Below, piece after piece: positions 39,875 through 51,954 of a DNA stretch of 64,000 nucleotides. This DNA comes from Eledone cirrhosa (Eukaryota). The notes under the pieces are model-generated. The model searched no databases. It worked only from the letters and a program-made list of their open reading frames with translations, and was not told the origin of the DNA. A program made the translations under genes and the position numbers. The number at the start of each line of letters is the position of its first letter. Position 1 is the first letter of the stretch. Location: contig OZ024741.1 of NCBI GenBank assembly GCA_964016885.1, positions 66,774,001 through 66,838,000 on the forward strand, in the 5' to 3' direction.

Positions 39875-40345
39875 ATGGTTTCTAATTTATGAGCAAGGCC
39901 AGCAATTTTGGGGGAGAGTTAAGCCGATTAAATCAATCTCAGTAATTAACAAGCGCTTTCTTTCATCTTATCGATTCCTGGAAAGATAATTTTGTCGAGA
40001 TTTGAACTCCAGACCTAATGTCACAAACCAGTTTGTCTGACGCTCTAACGATCTTTCTAATTTACTAACCCTAATAATTATTTCTAAAATTGGCACAAGG
40101 CCAGCAACGGGGGAATTCGATTATATCAGCCCCACTATTTAACTGGTTCTTTATTTTATCGATCCAGTAAGTATGAAAGGCAAAGTTGACCTCGGAGGGA
40201 TTTGAACTCAGAACATAGAAAGTTGTAACTAAATACCTCAAACCCTTTTGTCCGACGTTCTCCCTATACTGCTAATCCACCACCATACCACATTTAATAA
40301 TTGTTTCTATTTTTAGCACAAGACCAACAATTTCGATAGAAGGGT
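39875..40345 (-). mobile_element. Cluster of 2-3 diverged tRNA-derived SINEs
   Basis: Repeated ggcacaaggccagcaa...ttttatcga...gaaaggcaaagttgacctc...tttgaactc. Confidence 0.7.
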
Positions 40346-40369
40346 AATCCTGGTTAACTCGACTTTAAA

Positions 40370-40750
40370 ACTCTCCAAATATCGGCCGCTCTCTGACAGG
40401 TTTGCGGTCGAGCTCGTGGCAGTGGAGACTTCTGTTGTCCTTGGTCCTAGGGTCAGCCCTCTGCTCACCAGCATCGGCACGGAGTTGGCTACACGCAGGT
40501 TTGAGCCTCACGAGCTGGAATGGCTCTTCCAGCCCGTCTCCCTCACCATCCTCCGGGGAAACGCTTTCTCTATTCTTCCCGCCGGGGTCGCGATGCGATC
40601 AGCGCGTGTCCCACAGATGCTCATAATTGTAAAAGATGGAAAGTGCGGGATAAACTGAGTCAAGGATAGTGGGAGTTTCGTTTTTCTGTGTTCGGACCTG
40701 GTGTATATATGTGTATATAAGATAAAGGAAAAAAAAAAAAAAAAAAAAGA
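40370..40750 (+). mobile_element. 3' fragment of a CRE-like RLE non-LTR retrotransposon with a poly(A) tail
   Basis: KYRPLSDRFAVELVAVETSVVLGP...WLFQPVSLTILRGNAFSIL matches the CRE-type C-terminal AVET.G..G / FQR.S.A.QRGNA pattern. A-run at 40729-40748. Confidence 0.65.
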
Positions 40751-41324
40751 AAATGAACTTGGCACTAGTAGCATCACAAGGGATGTAAACAACTCAGTTA
40801 CTATGAATAATGAAATAACAATGTTCTGTTCTTGACAGATAATATGATTTATAGAAGGTGGAAAGATGAAAAGCAAAGTGGACCACAGCGGGATTTGAAC
40901 ACAGAACGTAAAGAGCCGAAACAAATATTTCCGACGCTCGAACGATTCCGCCAATCCTTTAACCTCAGACAACATAATTCATACATACAATGGCATAAAA
41001 CATTAACAGCTAGCAGGGTTACAGAAAAACGTGCGGGAATGAATAATACAAAGTTATTAAAAAAATGCAGGCGGATGCAAACGTGGATATACTGAATTCT
41101 AGATTTCTTTTTTAAAATGTTAATTCATGTAGAAGTTAAATGATGTATTGAATTCAGATAAAAAATAGAATATTCAACATTAAATAATCAATATTTTTGT
41201 TATTTCGTACTTCAAAAATATCTTTAATTATACCGTCTGCAAAATGTTTCTATAATACGGTCTGTAATATGCACCATTCTTCTTGAAAGTCAGTAAATAA
41301 AGTTGAACTGTAATCACTGTCGTT

Positions 41325-41830
41325 TTTCGTGGTGGTGGTTGTGGTATTTGTGGTGGCGCTTGTAATGGTGGTGATGGTGGTTGTGGTATTTGCGGTGCGG
41401 CTTGTAGTAGTGGTGGTTGTGGTGGTAGCGGCGGCGGCGGCGGTGGTGTTGATGGTGGTGATTGTGGTTTTTGTGGTGGGGCTTGTGGTGGTGGTGGTGG
41501 TTGTAGTATTTGTGGTGGGGCTTGTGGTGGTGGTTGTGGTATTTGTGGTGGGGCTTGTGGTGGTGGTGGTGGTTGTGGTATTTGTGGTGGGGCTTGTGGT
41601 GGTGGTGGTGGTTGTGGTATTTGTGGTGGGGCTTGTGGTGGTGGTGGTGGTTGTGGTATTTGTGGTGGGGCTTGTGGTGGTGGTGGTGGTTGTGGTATTT
41701 GTCGTGGGGCTTGTGGTGGTGGTGGTGGTTGTGGCATTTGTGGTGGTGGTGATGATAGAGATAGTCGTAGTGGCGGCGATAGTAGTGGTGGTGCTGATGC
41801 TACTGGTGATGATGGTGATGATGGTGGTGG
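41325..41830. repeat. GT-rich 33-bp minisatellite plus (GGT)n
   Basis: Unit ggtggtggtggttgtggtatttgtggtggggcttgt-like, about 10 copies. Confidence 0.9.
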
Positions 41831-41847
41831 TCAATTGTTGTTTCAGC

Positions 41848-42444
41848 ATTGGTGTAGAGAGTTTACAGCTGGTCGTACTGAAATTCACGACGAACAAAGG
41901 AGCGGGAGACCGTCAATTTCCGACGAGACAGTCGCAAAGGTTGAGGAAAACATGCGTAAAGATCGGCGAATCACTCTGGATGTTCTCTGCATTTTGGTTC
42001 CTGAAGTTTCCCGAAGCACCATCCACAGGATTTTAACGGAAAAATTGCGAGTGTCTCGTCGGAAATTGACGGTCTCCCGCTCCTTTGTTCGTCGTGAATT
42101 TCAGTACGACCGGCTGTAAACTCTCTACACCACTTGCGAACGTTTTTGACATCCATGCACGACTGTCCATACACTTCCGTCAATTGGCGATGAATTTCAA
42201 TCGGTTCAACGCCTTTTGCGTTCAAAAACCGAATAACTGCGCGAACTTCGCACTTGGCGGAAGTGTTCAACGGGAGCTCCATTCTCAACGGCTGCCAAGC
42301 CAAGATTGAGCATCCTAGCGAAGCGCGCGCTTGCTTGTTTGGGAGTGAAGGAAGCATCAATCACAACAGTATTGTCAACAGCCGTACGAATAGTTTCTCT
42401 GCGTCCCCATCGCTTTGAAGACCTTACTTTTGGGATTGCCCTCG
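41848..42444 (-). mobile_element. Rearranged mariner: 5' TIR + transposase N-terminus (minus) joined to an inverted transposase segment (plus)
   Basis: TA-CGAGGGCAATCCCAAAAG terminus at 42444. EVRAVIRFLNAKG..IHRQLTEVYG..WCREF..GR...RSGRP is a mariner HTH region, and the same segment is repeated on + at 41848-42045. Confidence 0.8.
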
Positions 42445-42545
42445 TAAAAACGTTTTTAGTTTGATGATAACGGAAAAAATAACATTTTCTCCCAGTCCAT
42501 AGAAATGTGTATGATGCTATAATCGAATTTAACCAATATTCAATT

Positions 42546-42613
<68 letters not shown>

Positions 42614-42665
42614 CGTTATTCCGGGTTGAATCGGAGGTAACCACAGTAAGTAAGGTACTCAATAC

Positions 42666-42721
42666 ATGAGATTCCTGATGATTTCTAAAGAATGAAACAG
42701 TTCTAGTCCTGTAGAATCTCA

Positions 42722-42722
<1 letters not shown>
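42666..42722 (+). ncRNA. Complete type I hammerhead ribozyme
   Basis: atgagattc-CTGATGA-t ttc taaa gaa t-GAAA-cag ttctagtc ctgt-A-gaatctcat. 9-bp stem I, 4-bp helix III. Lies in a 110-bp insert bounded by (TA)n. Confidence 0.75.
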
Positions 42723-42770
<48 letters not shown>

Positions 42771-43049
42771 AATACTGTTAGCTTCTCGCTACAACAATTT
42801 CTGTACTTTTCATTTATATACATATATAACGAAGGAAGTGTGGTAAGGAACCAGATGGACCATAACGCACCAGAGTACTCAATACTTAGGGTAGTAGTGT
42901 GGGTAATAGGAAAATGTTAAACCCCGACGGCAGAGCTCAAGCAGTTTCGACGGCTATTTCTGGAGTCCAGAAATAACCGTCGAAACGGCTTGAACTATGC
43001 CGTCGGGGTTTAACATTTTCCTATATATATATATATATATTTATATATA

Positions 43050-43270
43050 CTGGAAAAAATGAAACGAAATTTCTTTTCTCACTCTTAGTACGGCTGTTAC
43101 TTAAATATAAGTATGTATACTTATATTGTTTGTTTACAAACACACCGAGCATTATAATAAATGTTCGGTGAATCCATACGTACATATATATATGTGAGCA
43201 TGTATGTATATATATATACATTCTACTGTGCGTCTGTATACATATATGTATGTACGTATACATACTTATA
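43050..43270. mobile_element. Diverged, hammerhead-less relic of the 468-bp unit, with the same inverted architecture
   Basis: aaaatgaaacgaaatttcttttctcactcttagta matches the array's left block. It is followed by ttgtttacaaac...ctactgtgcgtctgtatacatatatgtatgtacgtatacat, matching the array's right end. Confidence 0.7.
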
Positions 43271-43457
43271 TATATACTATTGTATGTAATAAGCTGAGTG
43301 GATGAAGTGAACATATTGAGAAATTATTCGTAAAAAATAAAATGGAAAATATGTGCTAAAATATTTATGTATTATATAAGGAGGTACTCCAGCATGACCG
43401 CGGTATAATCAATGAAACCAGTAAAAGAATACATATATACATACATATATATATATA

Positions 43458-43690
43458 TATACAATATATTAACAAATGGAAACTATATTTATAAAACCAT
43501 ATTTATTTCATTATACATATTTACATGGTTGCATTCTTTAAGGGTATGTCAATATTTGTTTATAAAACTGATCTATATTACATTTTATCCGATGAAAGCG
43601 CACCATAATTTGCTTTGGTGTCCTTGAAATATGTATAATGAAATAAATATGGTTTTATAAATATTATTTTCATTTGTTAATATATTGTAT
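43458..43690 (+). mobile_element. Fold-back element with a hammerhead (43582-43645, U4->C variant); same family as 33993-34150
   Basis: Inverted arms 43458-43522 and 43627-43690; attttat-CCGATGA-aagcgcacca..tggtgtcctt-GAAA-tatgtat-A-atgaaat. Confidence 0.65.
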
Positions 43691-43772
43691 TTTTACTCCA
43701 AAAATTTGTTGAGTGCTTTATATCAGTTATAAAAATATTTGCTTGTTCTATCCCAACAAATTAAATATAACT

Positions 43773-43870
<98 letters not shown>

Positions 43871-45441
43871 TTATTCTCGACATAATCCTCAACTAATCAA
43901 CACATTACATCGTTAACGACCAACTACTGATATACACACACAGATACAGACACACCTACACATAGTTACAAATGCACACAAACACACATAAACACGCACA
44001 CACACACACACACATATATATGTATTCGTAGGCCATCACTACCGAATAAAATCAATCACGTGCTTTTGAGTGGCAGTTCAATTAAATGACTTCGATTAGT
44101 TAGTTAGCTACAACGTATCTTGCTCTCCGCCCTGACACTTCCAGACGTTTGGTCATACACACCCATACACACACACACAGCAACAGAGACACACACACAT
44201 GTCATTCACCTATACATATACAGACTAGACACAGATACAGACTAGAACACATACGTACGTATATGCAAACCTCACACGCACATACATATATATAGACAAA
44301 GATTTGACGCTACTCAGCTGGCTATAATAGTATGTTATGTGTGTTGTACATTGTTTGATAGTGTTGGTGTTGGCACCTCACACCTCACAGTCCTTTCTTT
44401 TACTATTCAATGTCTAACCAGTTAATATAATGACTGGTAGGTAGAAGTTTTATAGTTGGGCGTATTGGCAGGAAATTTGATTCATACGACAATAAAGAAC
44501 CTCTATTTAATAGCATTGTTTCATATATTTAGCTAATCAGTTGGAATCCATTGGGTAATGATATGGTTTCCATAAAGCAGTTATTAGAGGATGTTTTAAT
44601 AGAAGGTTTATCCTGTTTAGATTGACTGGATGAGGTGTCTGTAGGCTAAATTACGTTTTGGTAAACTAGGAGATTTTAATAGAATTTTATTACATGTTTT
44701 ACAGAGAACTGGCAGAATTGTTACAGCGTTAGATTAAATGCCTTGGTATTTATTTTCATTCTCTGCTTTCTGAGTTAAGATGTGGCCGAAATCATCTTTG
44801 CCTTTCATCCTTTCAGGGTCGATAAATAAAGTACCATTCTTGCAGTGGTAGAATGGCGGATGTGTGGCGGTATCGGATTCGACTCAGCCCGTGATGACTT
44901 CAAATCCCGTCTCCTTCTGCAAGGCATTGCCAACTGAAGATAGTATCTAATGCAAATAGAGTTCAAATCCTGTCTCCTTCTGCAAGGCTTTTACAACTGC
45001 AGTAGTATCTAATGCAAATAGACTAATGCAAATAGAGTTAGACACAATTTCCATTTGGCTAATTACACTCGCAAATTTTAAATATGTATAACTTCGTATC
45101 ATTCTCACACATTTCGTATTTAACTAATGTCTCTTTTCTTCATATATTCTGCTATGGCGAAGTCTTTAACCCGAATTATTCGGGATAATTAGTTTCATCG
45201 GATAGTCTACATTTTATGCACGTGTGTGCTGTTGTGTCTGTTTGTGAGTATATCGTATGTAAAACTATATTAATATTGATGCTTGTAAAAGCCTATACAT
45301 TATTGAGTGCTATCTCTAATACTCCCCTCGTTACCATCAAATTGATTTATGGTAAGTATATCTTTCTTTCTGCCTCTCTTTATATATATATATATATATG
45401 TGTGTGTCTGTGTGTGTCTGTGAGTCTGTGTGTTCGTGTGT

Positions 45442-45525
<84 letters not shown>

Positions 45526-46117
45526 GCGTCCGTGTGTGTGTGTGTTTAAATATAGAGGTTTATTATCTTTCAATATTTCTGACGTTGCAAGTGTTATTGC
45601 TGTTTCTAATTCTGTACTTATTTTTGAGAATGTTGCTGCCATTCATATAATTTTTTTTTTTGGTACACTATTGTGCCTACTGCTACTGCTGCTGCTATTT
45701 GAGACGTTGATGTTGTATATGCTGATATTGGTATTGTTGTTTTAGGTTCTCATAGTTATTAATATTGCTTTGTTGTTGATAGCGTCGTAGTAGTAATAGT
45801 TGTTGCTGTTGTTACATCATATATTATTTCTCCAGTGAAAAATAGAATGAAGAAAAAATTGCTAAAATATTGCAAAAATATTGCAAAACTTTGTGAAAGT
45901 CGAAGAGGTTATGTAAGAAAGAAGGAAAAGAAAGAAATAAAGAAGGAAAGAAATCAAGAAAGAAAGAATGCAAGAGAGAAGGAAAGAAAGAATGGTGGAA
46001 CGAAAGTGAAAATAAAAATATAGCAACAAGCTAGGGTGAGAATAGGAAAGCAATGAAGTTGATAAAATATGATGGAAATATACTAAAAATGAAAAGGATG
46101 ATAAGGATCCTGATGCA

Positions 46118-46204
<87 letters not shown>

Positions 46205-46434
46205 CATATACACATATATAATATTATATATATATATATAACAAAGGAATTGTGGTAAGGAACCAGATAGACCATAACGCACCAGAGTACTCAATACTTA
46301 GGGTAGTAGAGTGGGAAATATGAAAAAGTATGACCCCGACGGCAAAGCTCAAGCCGTTTCGACGGCTATTTCTGGTCCAGAAATAGCCGTCGAATCGCGG
46401 CTTGAGCTCTGCCGTCGGGGGTCATACTTTTTTG

Positions 46435-46516
<82 letters not shown>

Positions 46517-47171
46517 AATATATATTATATATATACATACATATATATATATACATAAATATATTTATTCATGTTTGTTAAAGACACCAAAGATATTGCT
46601 GGAAATTATTAAGGAAAAAATAATATCAGAGATATCAAGTAGAAAATTAAATCTTAAAGTAACGCATATCTTCATAGATCATGTACATTGATAAATAGAT
46701 ATAATCCCATGCGGTATACAGATCTCTCGTTACCTAATGCACCAGACAGAATAGAAAGATCTAGAGAAGAAGAAGAAGAAGAAGAAGAAGAAGAAGAAGA
46801 AGAAGAAGAAGAAGAAAGAGAAGGAGAAGGAGAAGGAGAAGGAGAAGAAGAAGGAGAAGAAGAAGAATGATAAGAAAACGAAGAAGACTAAGAAGGAGAA
46901 AGAGGAGAAGACGAAGAAAAGAAGGAGGTGGAGGAGAATAATAATAATAATAATAAGAATAATAATAAGAAGAAGACGAAGAAGAAGGAAGAGGAGGAAG
47001 ATAAGAAGTAGAAGAAGATGTGTGTGCGTGCCTGTGTTTGTGTGTGTTTGGGAGGAGAAAGTCAATATATCAATCCCAGTTCCTTAGTATTTCATTTTAT
47101 CAATCAATCCCGGAAGGATGAAAAGTAAAGTTGGCCTCGACGGGATTTAAACACATAGTGTATACAATCAG

Positions 47172-47434
47172 CAGGGTTTTATTTAGACTTTGTGGCCCCG
47201 GCAAACTTCAGGTTTAGAGAGACCCTTCATGCACAAAAAATTAAAATACATCGCAAATCCCCCAATTTTCCATATCAAATTAGCTTGTCACAAGTAATTG
47301 AAATTGAAAAGTTATACATACAAAAGCTCAGCTGAGGGAATAAATAAATTGCTACGGCCGTGACTGATGGGGACCTCCACTGCAGGGCGCCCAGCGCAAT
47401 TTCCCTCTATCGCTCCCCATTAAATCCGGCCCTG
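47172..47434. mobile_element. Non-autonomous hAT MITE nested in a SINE
   Basis: Termini CAGGGttttattta / taaatccggcCCTG; 8-bp TSD acaatcag (47164-47171 and 47435-47442). Confidence 0.78.
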
Positions 47435-47894
47435 ACAATCAGAACGAATATTGCAAAACATTCAGAAAACTTACAGAACTGTCAGCTATATATATTGTCA
47501 TATATTCAGGCACATGTGCATACAAATCGCTGAACAAAACTAAAAAAATTACCCGTAGAAAAGGATACAAAAAACGAGGAAAGGAATCTACAGTAAAGAA
47601 GGGATTGAGTGGAGGTATTGCATGATGAAAACTGCTTTTAAGAAATTGTTTTTAATCGTTTTTGTTTTCAACATAAAAAAGGGTAACAATTCTGTGTTGT
47701 CCTCAATGGAGTGGGTAGTTATAAGAGCACACATAGAGACACAGACACAGATACAATCATATATATATATGATTGTATCAATTTTATATATATATATATA
47801 ACCCCTTCCACCCCCACCCCACCCTTTTTTTTCTAAATGTCTCTCCACCACTCCCCCACACACCCTCTGAACTCTCTTCCCACCCACTTTTCTC

Positions 47895-47922
47895 CCGAAG
47901 AAGGGCTTATGCCCGAAACGTC
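47895..47922 (+). ncRNA. Degenerate Penelope-type minimal hammerhead
   Basis: CCGAAGA-a gggc ttat gccc-GAAACGTC; stem I is not paired. Downstream tcaag..gt.aaactaata is shared with the element at 10252. Confidence 0.4.
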
Positions 47923-48309
47923 CGCCCCCCCCCACTCTCAAGACGTGAAACTAATAAACCTTTGTTTGTACTGCCTCTCTGTTTTTGTTCCCGTTCCAAT
48001 TTTCACTATATATATATATATATTGGTATGTGTATATGCATTTTTTCTTCTAACTTTAATTATATACCTAATTGTGTATGGTTGACGATATATTTAATCG
48101 ATTTCCACGTGCTATTGAAATGGTGGGTAAATATTCTATAGCTGTTGATCGCGAATAGATGGCTGTCGTTTATTTATCTATTATTTCTTCACAGGTGCCT
48201 TTTAATCTTATAGCCGGGTTTAATTGATTTTTTATGTGGTTGATTATGCTAATTGGGAGAGGAAATGGAGTATATATCTTATCAAATGATTCTATGGACA
48301 TAATTTATA

Positions 48310-48347
<38 letters not shown>

Positions 48348-48401
48348 GTGAAGTTTTTTTACAAAATGAAAAAAAAACGAGGTGTCCTACACGAGTGAAA
48401 G

Positions 48402-48639
48402 TATAAGGAAAAATGATGAAATCGAAAATGCAACTGGAGCCTTTTAAGAAAACAACAACATTTATTTGGTTGCTTTACTGGTTTCGCAGTTCTTGTGCTT
48501 TTCAAACGTAGAATAGAGATGGAGAGTTTGTGGTTTTTCTCGCATCTCATCTGCACAAGAACTGCGAAACCAGTAAAGCAACCAAATAAATGTATTTAAA
48601 AAAAAAGTCTCCAGCTGCATTTTCGATTTCATCATTTTT

Positions 48640-48645
<6 letters not shown>
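48402..48645. repeat. Fold-back element in (TA)n, arms ~97 bp
   Basis: tataaggaaaaatgatgaaatcgaaaatgca...cagttcttgtgc versus gcacaagaactgcgaaaccagta...catttttccttata. Confidence 0.85.
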
Positions 48646-48694
<49 letters not shown>

Positions 48695-48695
<1 letters not shown>

Positions 48696-49564
48696 GAGGT
48701 GGGTCAGACAAGTTCCAGGACTGATGTCACAAAAGATTTATTTCAAACCCAAACTTCACACTAATATTTTTCTCCTTCAAAGTAATCCCCCTGGAGTCTA
48801 ATGCACTTTTCCATCCTGTTCTGCCACGCTTGCATGCACACCTGGAAGGATTCTTCCTGGATCCTCTATAGTTCCGTCGTCACGGGCTTTTTGATGTCCA
48901 CGTTTTCAAAACGGGTCCCCTCCGGATCGTACTCGAAGATCCATGACTCATCACCCGTGATGACTGTCCCTAGCAAGTCTAGTTCGGTTTCAAGACACTC
49001 GAGGATGTCCTGGCACACTTGCATGCGTCGACCCTTCTGGTCATCGTTCAGCAGTTTTGGCACCATCTTCGCGCAGACTTTCCGCATGTCCAAATCTGCA
49101 GTGTGAATCTTCCAGACGCTGTCCCGATTCATGCCCAGCTCATGTGCCATCAGTCGAACAGTCAGCCGACGATCGCTACGCACCATCTTCCTGACGCGCT
49201 CAACGTTGACCTCAGTCCTGGTTGTTGAGGGCCTTCCGCTCCTGGGGTCATCTTCCACGTCCTCGCGTCCTTCTTTAAACCTCTTGCACCACTCAAAAAC
49301 ACGTGAGCGTCTCATCTCCATACACTTGCTGCAGCAATCCCAGTGCTTCTGACGGAGTTTTCAAGTTTGTCCGTTGCTCTGTGTTCATTGCTTGACGACA
49401 TGTAAATAAAATTATGAAGAAAAAAGTTTGATCGCTGCAGAGAGCTAAGATCACAGTTACATACTCCAGGGGGATTACTTTGAAGGAGAAAACTCTTGGT
49501 GTGAAGTTTGGGTTTGAAATAAATCTTTTGTGACACCAGTCCTGGAAGTTTTCTGACACACCGG
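48695..49564 (-). mobile_element. Internally deleted mariner transposon with ~105-bp inverted termini and TA TSD
   Basis: Transposase remnant (WCKRFKEGRE.VEDDPRSGRP, RKVCAKMVPKLL, ITGDESWIFEYDP); inverted termini flanked by TA. Confidence 0.88.
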
Positions 49565-49656
49565 TAATAGACAATTATTAAATATATAAATAGATAAATA
49601 AATGCCATTGTTAAATAATAAATAAATCAACTAATACCTTAACACTTCACACAAAG

Positions 49657-49800
49657 TAAAACATTTCGTTTTAATCATTTTATAACCCAGAAAAAAGAGA
49701 GAGAGAAACAAAAAAGGAAAAAAAAATATTTTTCTTCCTAATAATTTTTCCTTTTTTGTTTCTCTCTTTCTTTTTTCTGGGTTAGAAAATGATTAAAACG

Positions 49801-49810
<10 letters not shown>
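49657..49810. repeat. Fold-back element next to (TA)n; its arm is repeated again at 49859-49920
   Basis: taaaacatttcgttttaatcattt..aacccagaaaaaagagag and its reverse complement. Confidence 0.8.
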
Positions 49811-49861
<51 letters not shown>

Positions 49862-50135
49862 AAACATTTCGTTTTAATCATTTTCTAACCCAGAAAAAAG
49901 AGAGAAAGAAAGAAAAATGGAACTATTGTCATCTTGCCTGACGGTTTGAACTTTACAACACCACCTGCCTCTTTGAGGTCAAATACCAACCCTACTACCA
50001 TCTACAAACTGACCAATGAGAATCAAGACTATTCCTGCTGACAACATTAAATTATTCCTAACAAGCTCATATGTCCCAAGGCTCTGATACCATCAACACT
50101 ATACACACAGAGTTGGCATATCTAAGAACTGACTA

Positions 50136-50191
50136 ACTACCTGATGAGGTCATAGCCATTCAATGGCTATCATCGAAATATATATAGCAGT
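50136..50191 (+). ncRNA. Type I hammerhead ribozyme
   Basis: actac-CTGATGA-ggt c atagccat tca atggctat c atc-GAAA-tatatat-A-gcagt. Long stem II, palindromic helix III, one stem I mismatch. Followed by aataaa and (TA)n. Confidence 0.65.
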
Positions 50192-50232
50192 AAATAAAGG
50201 ATTATGAGTTCATGCAATTGACTTATGTTTCG

Positions 50233-50297
<65 letters not shown>

Positions 50298-50354
50298 GGT
50301 CATTTTGGAAGCCTCAACAATGCAGATGGGTAAATCTCCGGGTAACAGAATCAG

Positions 50355-50460
<106 letters not shown>

Positions 50461-50462
50461 TA

Positions 50463-50865
<403 letters not shown>

Positions 50866-51801
50866 CATTTACGTTGTGTTGTTTACCAATGCGTAGAACC
50901 GGTCATTTCAGTTAGTAAACGATGATGCAATAAATTAAAGCAATCGACGTTATGCAAACCATCCGTCGCAGATGTGGTATCCCGTGGAATGGTGTTAAAT
51001 ATTCATAAAAAAAAGAACAGAAGACCAGACTGGTGTTATTGTAACGACAAACCATTTCCGGTGCCGTTACAATATGACTGAATTGGCAAGCCATCACCGA
51101 ATCAAATCTATTCTCTGTTCTCTGTATTTTGTTCACCTCATATAACTAATTTTGCCTTATATAACTAATTTTGCAATCCACACCTAATGGAATCGCCTAA
51201 GTTTTGCATCATGATCGGATGATATAACTAGGCCATTGAAATACGTATAGTGTTTTCACAATATTAAAACTTTAAAGAATGTTTCCAGTCCGACCTTCTG
51301 TTGTTTTTAAATTAAATATATATAGAGAGATAGATATGTCGTATTCCACCTGGTTGAGGTGGGCCTAATAACGTTGTTAGAAGTCAATATGTCCTTGGAA
51401 AGATGGTTCCTCAACCTATCGGGACACACAAAAACTACGCGCCTCCGCCCTCTTTGTATCTTTATATATATATATTTACATTGAGCTATTTTTCTTACTG
51501 GTAATAAGGTAGTAATGAATTACTGACATTTCTTGTTTATAATTATATATAGTGTATATATAAGTATAAATATTATTATTATTATTATATATATGTATGT
51601 AGCAAATATAATCATAGGTTAGTATTTCTGAAGAAGACAGTCGATCTAACAGGAATTTCGAAACTAGAAATAGGTAATAACCTAACCATTACCATGCTAG
51701 TCGCTACATCAATCTTCCACGATCAAACGAAACTCTGAAACGATAATAAAACAATGAACTAATTAACTACTTACCTCTGGCTTCTTTCTTTTTTTCATTG
51801 T

Positions 51802-51954
<153 letters not shown>

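Noticed and set aside
41228-42036. Pro/Gln-rich, Thr-rich and Val-rich ORFs
   Set aside because: Translations of a 33-bp minisatellite that is open in several frames; no splice or homology support.
48553-48582. GAAACCAGTA 3' half of a hammerhead in a fold-back element (similarly GAAACGATCGTT on minus at ~31612)
   Set aside because: No matching CTGANGA 5' half found.
51623-51672. tattt-CTGAAGA...GAAACTAG-aaata hammerhead-like motif
   Set aside because: The UH cleavage triplet is absent and helix II does not pair; at most a decayed relic.
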